A DNA stretch of 64,000 nucleotides, taken from positions 160,001 to 224,000 of the forward strand of contig CAWBKB010000007.1 of the NCBI GenBank assembly GCA_963789265.1, read 5' to 3'. The position numbers were made by a program, and so were the translations under genes. The notes below the pieces were generated by a model, which was given only the letters and a program-made list of their open reading frames with translations, was not told the DNA's origin and did not search any database. Origin of the DNA: an uncultured delta proteobacterium (GTDB lineage Bacteria; Desulfobacterota; Desulfomonilia; Desulfomonilales; Desulfomonilaceae). Shown here in pieces: positions 12,201 to 23,126 of this stretch (the stretch's first letter is position 1; the number at the start of each line of letters is the position of its first letter).

Positions 12201-15200
12201 GGCTCTCCTCAGAGAATTGAGGATCATGATCCCGGCGAATTGCCGCCAAAAGGTTTGGCTTAAGAAACCTTCCGAAACTTTCCATAATGAAAGCGTTGAT
12301 CTCTCGCTGGACGATATAGGACAGAGATCCGGAACCGTCGGAAAACTCGCGCCTTGCGGCTCTCTCGGGGACCAACTGAGCCGGCTGTACCGCCCCATCG
12401 GGCTTGCCGAGCGACACGAACTTGACAGGCCCACGTACCGGGAGGTTGCCCATCGCATATAGTTGAGCGAGCGCGGTCCTGTACACCGTCGGCTCAGCCG
12501 AAGGTAGGCAAGTTTGAATGCATTCCGCCTCTTCGATGCAGTCAGCTATCAAATTACTCAAAATTGCCCGGGGCCCCACTTCCACGAAGAGTCGCACGCC
12601 ATAATCGTCCCAGAGCGTTTGAACGTTTTGCATCCAGTGCACCGGTGACTCTAGATGGGCCATGACAATGGCCTTTATCTCACTACTACCCTCGGGATAC
12701 GGTTGCATTGTGGTGTTGGAAATCACCGGAATTTGAGGGGGATGAAATTCAATGCCGGCGATAAACTCTTCTAATTCGTCATGAATGCACCTCATGATAG
12801 GGGAGTGGAACGCCATGCTGACTCTCAGCAAGGTATTGCGATAGCCCAACTCCTTTAGCTCCGTCCCCATTGATTTCACTGCTTCGGTGTCCCCTCCGAC
12901 TACAAGTTGATGCGGCGAATTGATGTTGGTTATGTACACGTGCTCCCGCCGGCTCATCAGCTCTTCAAGGACATCCATAGGCGCGTCCACGGCCATCATC
13001 ACGCCTGGATCCACATTTATTTCGCAGGCTTTGTCCATGCATATCGCCCGCATATTGACGATACGAAAACCGTCCTCAAAGGAATAGACGCCCGCAAGAC
13101 ACAGGGCCGTCAGTTCGCCCAAGCTGTGCCCGGCCAGGGCTTGAGGGCTGATTCCCAGAGAGACGAGATGCTGCACCATGGCGTATTCCATGGTGAAGAG
13201 CGCAGGTTGTTGCCAACGGGTCTTCTGCAGATCTTCCTCCCGGTCGTGGAACAACAACTGCAAAAGGTCGAAGTCCGCCACTTCTGCGGCCCGATCCATC
13301 CATTCACGGATGACGGGGAAGGTCTGATAGAGTTCATGCCCCATCCCCGCATAGTGAGAGCCCTGCCCCGGAAAAACAAAAGCAAGGGGCGGGGTTGGCA
13401 GATCCTCGACGCCAAGATGAATTCCCTCCCGCGCCAGCGCCTTGAGACGCTTCGACGGAATTGGGCCGCCGTTTATGAGGGACTCGGCGCGCTGGATGCG
13501 AGCAATAGCCTCAGATTCGGAATCCGCGGCTGTGGATATTCGATAAGGCGTTTCACCAATTACAGTTCTGAAGAAGTGGATCCCCTGGGGAGTGAAATCG
13601 CTGCCATTCGGCTTTGGGGCTCCCTGCTCGAGAGGCAATGTCAGAATGCTATCCTGTTGATCCATAGCTTGCTCCACCTGCACCACGTAATTAGACCCCC
13701 CGAAGCCGAAAGCATTTACCTGGAGACGTCGCGGATCGCCATTTCTCAGCTTCCAATCGGCCGGCTCCGAATGAATCGCCAGCCGTGAGCCCTCTATTCC
13801 CATTTCCGGATCGGGATTCTTGTAATTGAGTGTTGGCGGGAAAATGCCGGCCTTCATTGCCATGATGCCTCTTATGAGAGAGTTGATGCCGGAAGCACCC
13901 AGAGTATGCCCGATTTGAGATTTGAATGAGGTTATCACTGTGCCCCGGCCTGAATCGAAGAAGCTCCGGAGCGCCCGCACCTCTTCCACGTCCCCTTGAC
14001 GAGTGCTGGTGGCATGGCATTCAATCAGGTCCACTCCATCAGGGCCGTAAGTGGTGTCCTTGAAGGAAGATTGTATGGCGATTTCCTGAGTTATTCTCGA
14101 TGACTCAACCATGCCGAGATTATTGTTGCTGGCCCCCATCGACGTGATGTACGCATGGGCTTTGGCCCCTCTCTTGCGGGCCACAGACTCTCTTTCAATC
14201 ACTATCATCCCACCGCCCTCGCCCAAAACCATCCCGTCCCGGTCCGAGTCGAAGGGGCGGCTGGTCTCGCAAGCGGGCCGGTCAACCCCCGAAAGACCGG
14301 CAAGAGCGCCAAGAGCTGAGAATTCCAGAAAATGCATTGGAGTGAGGTATTCCTCGGCCCCTCCAACGATTGCAGCATCGATGATCCCGTTCTTGATCAT
14401 CTGAACCGCACTGTAAAGCGCCACAAGAGCGGTTGCGCACGCGGCGGAGACCGAAAAACTCGGCCCCATGAAGCCGTACCGGTTGCAAATGAAACCGCCG
14501 GCCGAGCAATTTAGCCTACCCAGAAGAGTTGTGTCGTCTATGGCTATGCGGCCCGCTTTGACCTCCTCTTCGATGGCCTTTTCCGTCTCCGGCGTAAGCT
14601 GTAGGACTCTCTTCACCGCGGACACAATCTTGCCCAATGACCCACGGATTATCACGTCCTGTAAGGTCACGGCCGCTTCCCCGGAGTTTTGAGAAATCAG
14701 CACCGCGATGCGTTCCTGCGGTATACCGGATTCAAGAATCCCGGATTCCTCGATTGCTTTGCCTGCGAGCCACATCGTGATCTTCGTGGAATCGGTCATG
14801 GTCCTGAAATCTTGCGGAGGAATCCCGATCTCCTTACGCGAAACCTCGATGTTTTGAAATGCCCCGACCTTGCAATAGGTCTTTTCCGAGACTCGAGGAC
14901 GCGGATGAAAAAAGAGTGCATGATCCCACCTGGATTTCGGCACCGGGACTATCCCACTCTTCATGGAAAGTGATGCGGCCCAGACCTCTTCGGGGCTGTT
15001 CCCGAGAGAATTGACCACACTCATCCCGGTGATGGCTATTCGTTCTTCATTGGGCTCATGATAAACCGGTGCAGGCGTACGCGGGCGCTTCCATTCCGGT
15101 GCTTCTCTGCCAATCTCCTCCTTGCTCGGACGGAGCGGAGAGACTTGGCGAATCGGACTCACTACAGGTAAACCAAGGGCCAGTGGCGCTTCCGCCAGTT

Positions 15201-17209
15201 CTCGGTGCAGTTCCTCAATGGTGCAAATGTTCGTCAACGTACCCGGCACACGCGCCGCTCATAAACTGGCCTTGATCCAGGCAAGAAGACTCATCCAGGG
15301 TCGTGCCGCCGGGCCTATCCAACCCACGGGCCGCGGTGAACAGGCTTCCCGCGCTCAAGGCTTCAATTTTGTTACGAAATGATGACTCATTCTCAGATCC
15401 TGCGGCAAATTCTCGTTCCAGTGAACAAATCGCCTCGATCTTCGCGGTCTTCAAAGAACGAACTCGCAGGCCGGTCCCTTCACCCGTCACTATAGTTCCT
15501 TCCGGCGCGGACTCCAGGATCATGCGCTGATACAGCTTTGTCAGCGCCCCGGTTTCAACCATTTCGGCGGTGGTCAGGTATGAGGTACCCATCTGAACGG
15601 CATCTGCTCCGAGCATCGCAGCAATGAAAGCGGTTTCCCGGTTGCAGATCCCGCCTGCCAGTATGATCCTACGCCCTTCGAACAAGGATGGGTTCCGTTC
15701 TTTCAGATCGACAACGGTCTGGGCCAGAGTCAGTGTGCTGTGCTGTCCTACGTGGCCGCCCGCTTCATGCCCTTCGCAAATGACGTACCGGATGCCCGCG
15801 TCAAGGGCCAGGCTCACCAGTTCTTCGGAAGGAGCTATGTAAATCGTTTCGACGCCCTCTTCCTTCAGCGCCGCGGCGTGGGACGGTTCACCAGCCGCAA
15901 TGACGGCAAATTTCGGTTTTATCTTTTTGATCCAGGCCAGTTGAATATCACGGCAAGGGTTTTCCGAGAGTGTAATGACGTTGACCGCATAGGGTCGGTC
16001 GCCCATTATCTCGGACATGCGCCCGAACTTCTTGTCGAGCGTTTCTCCGTCCATCAGGCCCAGTGCGATGGTGGGGAGGCCGCCGGCTTCGGAGACCTTG
16101 AGGGCAAATTCCGGGACATCGGTGATCCAGGACATCGCCCCCTGCACGAACGGATATCGCGTGCCGATTTCCTTCGCCAAAGGGCTGTTAACAAATGCCT
16201 TTTCCTTGTCCACCGCCGCGGCACAGCAGGCGTCGATGTTGCGGATAAAGCTATCCAGAGCCTCGCCCGTGTCGGAACCGAAGCGTCTGACAAAGGATGC
16301 AGCAAAGGAGGCTTCGACGCCCAGCGGTAACAGTTCTTCCCGACCAAACGAGCTTTCCAGCGGATTACTAGCCTCATCCATGATCTTCCGGGCAAAGAAA
16401 CGCCGTTGTTCGTCACGGATCTCGGAGCCACAGAGAGATCCGGCAAAGGATTTCAAATCCCGCACAGCCCGCGAATTGCCCTTGTTAAAGAGACGACAGG
16501 GCACCCCGAGGTTCAATCCCGTCAGATCGGTATGGTCCGGTCGGAGATTAGATATGCGCCGGCGAACGTCATCGTGGGCTGACATCAGATCTGTCAGCCA
16601 GTGAAGGCTCTCGAATACGATCCCCCGGGCACCCGCGGACAAGAAAGCCGCCGCGGCCTCGGGCGTTGCGATGCCTCCCCAGACGACCGAACCGGGTTGC
16701 TCGCTCCTGTCCCGTATTAAGGCCCGCACTGCGCCATACAAGGTGAGCGTCGTTTCAGTACTTGTAAATCCGGAAGCTTCGTTCCCTTTGAGCGCGATAT
16801 TTCTTATGCCGGGGTGCTTGTCGAGGACGCTTGATATCAGATTGACGGACCCCATCACAGGGACAACGTCGAAATGGCCCGTCAGATCTTCCATGCGCTT
16901 CAGGACATGCTCGGGATTCTCCTCCAGGAGGATGGGATGGAGTTCGACCCAGACTCTCTCGATACCCATCTCGTCCAGGAATTCTTCCAGCCCGCGATCC
17001 ATAAGAAAAGTCGGGGAAATCTTGAGGTCAACCGCATCACGAGCGGCATCGGACTGCAAAAGCGCGGTGCCGGCCGATTCCGGTTGGATCGTCGATAGGT
17101 CGAATATCGCTTGAGTCTTTGTGCTGCGGGCGGTTTCGACAACTGAGGAGGTGATCTCTTTTGGGGGCCATACAAAAGCAATTATGGGACTCGTATGGTC
17201 GGCAGTCAT
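9197..17209 (-). CDS. Iterative type I PKS/FAS, ER-KS-AT-ACP-KR-DH; probably one gene split by frameshifts near 15242 and 10188
   Basis: FabK/PfaD-like ER (EGHEAGGH, LAGGI); KS (VSAACAT, ECHATST, IGHTLG, NAFGFGG); AT (FPGQGS, GHSLG, AFHS); ACP (DLREDLSIRSS); KR (GGGYG, HGAG, YSAGN); DH (WIQDHKPF). The three ORFs overlap and join with 1-2 nt corrections. Confidence 0.85.
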
Positions 17210-17329
17210 CTATTACCTCTCAATTATGATCGTTACAGAAACTAATAATATAACATATTTTATCGTTACGGGAAGCCAAAAACAACTCGGCTGCCGCCGG
17301 CGTGCTTGAAAGCCGGTGCAGGTCAGCTT

Positions 17330-17539
17330 GGAACCATTCACTTACGGTGGGACTTTTCTGTCCCTTGTCATTGCAAGGAGTGCATGGTGGGACAGGCTTC
17401 CAGCCTGTCTATTGGGGATGACGGGCAAGATGCCCGTCCCGCCGGCAATCTAAGCGGCGTTCAAAGGAAAAGATTGCTTCGTCCCGCGGGAGGCGGGACT
17501 CGCAATGACAATCTCTTGCCGCGCCAAGTGAATGGTTAC
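17330..17539. mobile_element. MITE of the same TIR family as 974..1201, with nested REP-like hairpins
   Basis: TIRs GGAACCATTCACTT / AAGTGAATGGTTAC; flanks GTCAGCTT (17322-17329) and GTCGGCTT (17540-17547), a 7/8 TSD. Confidence 0.7.
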
Positions 17540-17883
17540 GTCGGCTTGGATCATGCCGTATTCATTCCGGGCAGTATTATGGCTACAGCCGTTGCCATAT
17601 CGAGTGTCACATCTGCAATATCTTGGTGCGTCGCGCTTTGTCAGAGCCGAAATTGAAACGATCGGGCCTCCAACGGGAACAAAGATTGCCTCTCTGCACT
17701 CGTAATAACATACGGCGGGTTCCGATATTCTAGCGAAACCCGCTGTATAATTGATTAAGGGCGCTTTTCCCTTGCAGGAAATGTCCTGGTGTTTTAAAGT
17801 TAGGAATTGGTTATGAAACCGGGGGGCAGAATTTCATCCGGATTCAGACCGAGAATCACAAATTAGTACGTTGGAGGATTATC

Positions 17884-18972
17884 ATGGGGCCTATGAAAGT
17901 ACTACTCACCGGGGCCACCGGCTTCCTGGGGGAGTATCTTCTGGCAGAATTGCTGGAGCGAGGGCATAGCGTCTGGGCGCTCTATCGGAGCGAATCGCGC
18001 AAGCTGGATACCATCCATTATTTGAGCCGAATGGGCCTTCCTCGGAGTTCAGGCAGTCTGCGCTGGTTCAAAGGGGAAGTCCTTGACGCGGACAGTCAAT
18101 GGGATAACTGGTGCCGAGATTGTGAGGGGCTTGAGCAAGTGGATACACTGCTCCACAGTGCAGCCGCAACAAGGCTTCACATGGATGCAACCGGTGAGCC
18201 TCTCAGGACCAATCTGGGCGGAGCCAAGGCGTTTCGTAGACTGGTGGACCGCAAACCCATGAACGTCCACTTGATAAGCACAGCTTATGTATGTGGTTAT
18301 ATTCACGGTCGAATGATGAAGGAAGTCAACCACCCCAGAGGGGATTTTGTAAACGTTTACGAAGAGAGCAAATGGGAGGCCGAACAGATCTGGATGGGGG
18401 ATGCGACCATACTGCGGCCATCGATCATTGTCGGTGACTCGGAGACCGGAAGGTGCAATTCTTTCGGCGGCTGGTACATTCTCTTCCAGGCAGTACATCT
18501 CCTTGACAGGCTTATGCGCGATGCAGATGCCTCCAATCGCCTGGGTTTGCAGCTCAATGTTCCGGCCGATGCAAACGGGACCACAAACATCATTACTGTG
18601 GATTCTCTGGCCAAAGAGGCCATCCGCATCATAGAAAATCCCGCCAATCACAAGAAGATCTTTCACCTCAGCCATCCTGACCCGCCCACGCATCAGTGGA
18701 CTCTGGACTTCATCTGCAACAGATTCAATGTTGGAGGTTTCAACTTTGCCGGAGCAAACGCGCCGTTTACTCAACCCCGCAACAGGATTGAGCGAATGGT
18801 TTGGCGGCAGATGCAGACCATTCTCCTTCACTTTTCCAACAACCCTTCCTTTGACCGAACCAACACCGACGCTGCTGTCCCCGATCTAAAGCCTGTGCCG
18901 ATCACCGAGGAGTTGGCCGGCAAGCTGCTTGATTACGCGATAGCCTGCGACTGGGGTCAGGGGTGCCAGTAG
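17884..18972 (+). CDS. Extended SDR, thioester-reductase/fatty acyl reductase-like (NAD_binding_4 type)
   Basis: LLTGATGFLG, HSAA, ISTAYV, YEESK, LRPSIIVG. Confidence 0.8.
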   Translation: MGPMKVLLTGATGFLGEYLLAELLERGHSVWALYRSESRKLDTIHYLSRMGLPRSSGSLRWFKGEVLDADSQWDNWCRDCEGLEQVDTLLHSAAATRLHMDATGEPLRTNLGGAKAFRRLVDRKPMNVHLISTAYVCGYIHGRMMKEVNHPRGDFVNVYEESKWEAEQIWMGDATILRPSIIVGDSETGRCNSFGGWYILFQAVHLLDRLMRDADASNRLGLQLNVPADANGTTNIITVDSLAKEAIRIIENPANHKKIFHLSHPDPPTHQWTLDFICNRFNVGGFNFAGANAPFTQPRNRIERMVWRQMQTILLHFSNNPSFDRTNTDAAVPDLKPVPITEELAGKLLDYAIACDWGQGCQ

Positions 18973-18987
18973 GTTCGGAGAATTACC

Positions 18988-19803
18988 ATGAACGACTCGT
19001 ACGTGCACGGTTATGACCCGCGGGAGAGCGTGCGCTTGCAGGACCAGGCCGGAACGCTGGTGGATCTCCTCCATTCGGACACGTCCTACCCTGAGGGCAG
19101 CATTGTCCTGGAGGCCGGGTGTGGTGTCGGCGCTCAAACGCTCACGCTCGCCCGACACAGTCCGGGTGCACGAATCATTTCGGTTGACGTGTCAGCGGCC
19201 TCCATCGCGGAAGCCAAGTCCAGAGCGGACGCGGCCGGCCTTACCAATGTGGAGTTCCGGCAAGGGGACATCTTCGCTTTACCCTTTGACCCGGAATCGT
19301 TCGACCACCTCTTCGTCTGTTTCGTCCTGGAGCACCTCTCGCGGCCGGTGGAGGCTTTGTCCACACTCAAGAAGCTGCTCAAGCCGGGCGGTACGATCAC
19401 GGCCATCGAGGGGGACCATGGGTCGGCCTATTTCCATCCGGACAGCGATGCAGCCCGCAGAGCAATCCGATGCCAGGTCGAGTTGCAGGCCGCGGCCGGC
19501 GGCAACGCATTGATCGGGCGGCAGCTTTATCCTCTGCTGGTCGAGGCGGGTTTCGACCAAGTCCGCGTTTCCCCACGCATGGTGTACGTGGATTGGAGCA
19601 GGCCGAATCTAGTTGACGGCTTCACGAAGAAAACGTTCACTGCGATGATCGAGGGCGTTCGTGAATCCGCGATCCAGGCCGGCATGTTAGAGCCCGAGGT
19701 TTTCGATGCCGGCATCCACGACCTTTACAGAACGGCTGAAGCAGATGGTGTATTCTGCTACACGTTTTTCAAGGCTGTGGGCGAAAAGGCTACTCTCGGC
19801 TGA
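18988..19803 (+). CDS. Class I SAM-dependent methyltransferase
   Basis: VLEAGCGVG, ISVD, GDIFALPF, FVLEHL, LKPGG. Confidence 0.9.
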   Translation: MNDSYVHGYDPRESVRLQDQAGTLVDLLHSDTSYPEGSIVLEAGCGVGAQTLTLARHSPGARIISVDVSAASIAEAKSRADAAGLTNVEFRQGDIFALPFDPESFDHLFVCFVLEHLSRPVEALSTLKKLLKPGGTITAIEGDHGSAYFHPDSDAARRAIRCQVELQAAAGGNALIGRQLYPLLVEAGFDQVRVSPRMVYVDWSRPNLVDGFTKKTFTAMIEGVRESAIQAGMLEPEVFDAGIHDLYRTAEADGVFCYTFFKAVGEKATLG

Positions 19804-19888
19804 CAGCGGAATCAAGTTTGCGGTAGGTCGGGCCGTGCCCCATGCAAACTGGTGCAAATCGTGACGCGGACCACCCGAGGCGACCCCG

Positions 19889-20479
19889 ATGAGCGATGAA
19901 CGGATATCGGAATTACTGGCTTTTGCCAGATGGCTGGGAATCGGCGACGCAAAACTGCTGGGGGTTGACCGGATAAAGGTGGAAGATCGCTTCCGCAGCC
20001 AGTGCGCAGAGCCGCGCTGCCCTAATTACAATACTTCGATCAATTGCCCGCCGCACTCGATGACGCCCGGTTGGTTTCGAGAACACATCAAGGGGTTCAA
20101 TCTCGTCTTGGCCTTCAAGTTCGACATGCCTATGGAAGCCGTGAATGGAATAGAGCGGCGGGAGGCTTCATTGCTTTTGCACGAGACAACCGCGGCCATC
20201 GAGCACAAAGCCCGGTCGCTGGGATTCGAGCGCGCCCGCGGCTACTCATCGGGAGCCTGCAAGAAAACACTCTGTTACGAACACGCAGATTGTGCGGCGC
20301 TTCAGGACGGCGGCGAGTGCCGTCATTCGGACAAGGCACGGCCTTCACTTTCCGGCATGGGCGTAAATTGGTACGAATTATCAATATTCCTTGGTTGGTC
20401 GATGCAGAAGAACGAAGACGGGGATCTAAACCCCAGATCCGAAACCGTTATGATGGCCGGCCTGGTGTTCCTTGAGTGA
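19889..20479 (+). CDS. DUF2284-like Cys-rich metal-binding protein
   Basis: C...CPNY...CPP, GACKK.LC, CRH..ARPSLSGMGV pattern. Confidence 0.75.
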   Translation: MSDERISELLAFARWLGIGDAKLLGVDRIKVEDRFRSQCAEPRCPNYNTSINCPPHSMTPGWFREHIKGFNLVLAFKFDMPMEAVNGIERREASLLLHETTAAIEHKARSLGFERARGYSSGACKKTLCYEHADCAALQDGGECRHSDKARPSLSGMGVNWYELSIFLGWSMQKNEDGDLNPRSETVMMAGLVFLE

Positions 20480-20514
20480 TGCAGTTCCGATGCCACCGTA
20501 CTGAATCGAGCTTG

Positions 20515-20763
20515 CGGTAGGTCGGGCCGTGCCCGAAGTCCCGCGTTCGCGCATGGGCGTTAAGATAACGATTTATTCCCCCCTTTCGTAAAGGGGGGCC
20601 AGGGGGGATTTTGGGATAACTCATTGAAAATCCCCCTAAATCCCCCTTTAGAAAAGGGGGACTTTGATCGCTCTCGGCCTGCATTCACCTCTTGAAAGGG
20701 AACGAAATTGCCTTAACTTAACGCGAATGCACGTTCGCGGGAGCGGCCACGGGCCGCCCTACG
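20515..20763. repeat. REP-like pair (CGGTAGGTCGGGCCGTGCCC ... CACGGGCCGCCCTAC) interrupted by a MITE at 20551..20730
   Basis: Related arms near 19821, 24485, 27583, 28756, 36382 and 40420. Inner element has TIRs GCATGGGCGTTAAG / CTTAACGCGAATGC, flanks GCGTTCGC / ACGTTCGC, and CCCCCTTT..AAAGGGGG hairpins. Confidence 0.75.
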
Positions 20764-21057
20764 GGCCCCCAAAAATCCCCATCTGAGAACCCTCTCAAAA
20801 GGGGAGCTGTTTTGTCCTGGTTACCAGGCTCTGCCTGATAATCCATAGTGCCGGGCTACGTCCAGTAGCCCCGGATCTCGCCAAAGACCGTGAGACTCGT
20901 ACGGCCGAATTCCAGAGTGCACAGATAGAGCCCCCAGAGAAGCATTCCCAGGCAGAGCCTGAGAACGAGACGCAGGCAACCGGAGTACGGGATGTAGTTC
21001 TTCCAGAAGAACGGCCGGGGTGATCATTGCCCAAGATTATGGCTATCTTCTGATCGG

Positions 21058-22032
21058 TCACTTCTTGAGCTTGTATTTAGCAGCTTTTAGAGCTTGCCAT
21101 TTTAAGTTCGGATGTTGGCTGATCCGTTGTACCATTTCTTCGTCCTGTGTCAAAAGCAACGGCTCTATTTCTCCGTAATCCAAAAGACGGTCCAAAAACT
21201 CATTCTCAGCATCCGTAAAAGGTAGTAGTCGAGCGACAGACTCACGGGTTTCAAGAACAAGCTGCCGAGCCCATTCCACAGCATTGCCTACCATCTTTAA
21301 ATTGTCACGACGTAGGACGGGAAGGAGTTCATCGTGCAAGTCCTTGTGCGTGAAATCGATATCTGTTGCTTGGACCCGTCGCCAATCTTTCTCTTTGGCC
21401 ATAGCGCCATATAAAACAAAAGATAATCGTAGCTTTTCTTGCTCCAGACTGCCTTTCGTGAACAGAAAATGAGCATCAAACAAGTCCCTACTGGCCTTTC
21501 GAGATAGAAGCGCTTTGAGTTTTCCTCCTGCAAGCTCGTGAATGTCCAAAACCGGGAACTCGATCTGCGGCTGAGTTCCAATAGGAACAGATTTTCTCTT
21601 GCCAAAACCCCAAAGCGGAAGTCGATACATGAAAATTAAATCAATCTTCAGGTTACCTCCCAAACCAAGCGCGCTCATATAACGTACGTGAAAGGTACAG
21701 CCTGCATGGCTCTCTTGCACATGACTTACTGTCAATCCCTCCCTTTTACAGACAGCCGCCATGGCCTTCATCATATCAGGACGTTCTGCATTCGTTTTCT
21801 TGAGGTCTATAGCTCCTACATAATTCAGATCAATATCTACGGATAGCCGAGGTTGATTGAAAATGAAGAGATTCAGGGCGGTTCCTCCTTTGAGTACGAC
21901 CCTTTCTTTTAGAAAGGGATGCTTACTGATTCCAGTCAACAAAGCTAACAGGTAGAATACCTTTTCCAGCATTTCCGGTCGGAATCCGGAAGAAGCGGCT
22001 TCAGCCAATAGGGTTTCTTTAGAGATTATCAC
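21058..22032 (-). CDS. abiEii: AbiEii-family nucleotidyltransferase toxin (type IV TA)
   Basis: VLKGGTALN, RLSVDIDL, KLKALLSR.ASRDLFD; GTGA overlap with the upstream antitoxin. Confidence 0.9.
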   Translation of the reverse strand: MIISKETLLAEAASSGFRPEMLEKVFYLLALLTGISKHPFLKERVVLKGGTALNLFIFNQPRLSVDIDLNYVGAIDLKKTNAERPDMMKAMAAVCKREGLTVSHVQESHAGCTFHVRYMSALGLGGNLKIDLIFMYRLPLWGFGKRKSVPIGTQPQIEFPVLDIHELAGGKLKALLSRKASRDLFDAHFLFTKGSLEQEKLRLSFVLYGAMAKEKDWRRVQATDIDFTHKDLHDELLPVLRRDNLKMVGNAVEWARQLVLETRESVARLLPFTDAENEFLDRLLDYGEIEPLLLTQDEEMVQRISQHPNLKWQALKAAKYKLKK

Positions 22033-22853
22033 GAAAACTCCTCCCAGGCTTGCCTCAGAATGTCTTCGGGTACCACCAGATTCCATTTTCTGATCAACTG
22101 TTTCTTGGAGCGTTTCCTCTCCTCGCTATTCCGAACCATATACGTGCGTTGTTTGGGGCGGTGCTTACGCAGCCGTCGTAGGTGCTTCTCTTCGACCATC
22201 AACTCTTGACGGTGAGTTTCCAGATAAAAACCCACCTTAGCTATCGTAGTTGAGTTCTCCAACAATAACGCATAGTCCACTACCTCATCTATGTCGAAGA
22301 ATTCGACGGATTCCAAAGACCTCCAGATCTCTTCCCAACCGCCACCAAGGGACGGGCGATCTAAAACGTCTACCAGCGTGCGTTCTAGGGAGGTACTTCG
22401 TATCCACATGCCGGATCTTTCCACCTGATCGACTCCAAATAACTCTTGACCTTTGTCCCTAAGAATTCTTGGAAAGAGTACCCCTCGGAATTCATTTCCA
22501 CGGAAATTCAGAGGGTGAGTCTTTGCCCGATTCCCGGTTAAGTAAACGAAGCGCTCATGTATGGAGTGAGCCTTGCCATGCAAATCGAGGGCTGTGTGAT
22601 AGGCCAAGACCGCATCTTCAGCCATTTTTGACGCCAGGATGTAGCCGTCCACAGGGGCATAGTCCGGTTCAATACCGGGAGGAACTGACGAATAGAGTCC
22701 TCTGCGGATTCTGAGTATGTGGCCGGAATTGACATGATAGTCGATCAGGGCTTTTCGGGTCTTGACATTTGTGGACCCTCGGGAGTTCAGGAATTCAGTT
22801 AGCTCACTGTAAGTGAAGACTGGGTGTTTCGCAAAAAAAGACCGTGTGTCCAT
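22029..22853 (-). CDS. abiEi: AbiEi-family antitoxin / transcriptional regulator
   Basis: N-terminal wHTH ending RIRRGLY, AYHTALDLHG, TSLERTLVDVLDRP..GGG; directly upstream of abiEii. Confidence 0.88.
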   Translation of the reverse strand: MDTRSFFAKHPVFTYSELTEFLNSRGSTNVKTRKALIDYHVNSGHILRIRRGLYSSVPPGIEPDYAPVDGYILASKMAEDAVLAYHTALDLHGKAHSIHERFVYLTGNRAKTHPLNFRGNEFRGVLFPRILRDKGQELFGVDQVERSGMWIRSTSLERTLVDVLDRPSLGGGWEEIWRSLESVEFFDIDEVVDYALLLENSTTIAKVGFYLETHRQELMVEEKHLRRLRKHRPKQRTYMVRNSEERKRSKKQLIRKWNLVVPEDILRQAWEEFS

Positions 22854-22864
22854 GATCTACTACC

Positions 22865-23124
22865 AAAGTGACATTATACAGCGTTAGACCTAATAAGATT
22901 AGGACTTCCAGTGCAACATGTCAACGTCAGCGCGTGGTATATATACTATGCCCTCGTATCCCTAAAGTAACATCATACAGCGTTAGACCTAATAAGATTA
23001 GGACTTCCAGTGCAAAAAAGTAAGCTAATGATATAGTATATATACTATATCATTTGTCAGTCTTTTTTCCTTCTTGACTTGCCCGGTAACCTTGTCGTAT
23101 ATATACGACAAGGTTACCGGGCAA
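22865..23124. promoter_or_regulatory. Divergent promoter region with a 41-bp direct repeat and three GTATATATAC-centred palindromes
   Basis: Identical 41-mers at 22876-22916 and 22975-23015; perfect palindromes at 23027-23054 (28 bp) and 23079-23124 (46 bp); a third core near 22937. Confidence 0.8.
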
Positions 23125-23126
23125 CG

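Noticed and set aside
22876..23015. Mini CRISPR array or type III antitoxin repeats
   Set aside because: Only two copies, similarity extends into the flanks as in a tandem duplication, and there is no cas gene or type III toxin.
23079..23124. Protelomerase target site
   Set aside because: No protelomerase or phage genes nearby; the core is shared with neighbouring operator-like palindromes.
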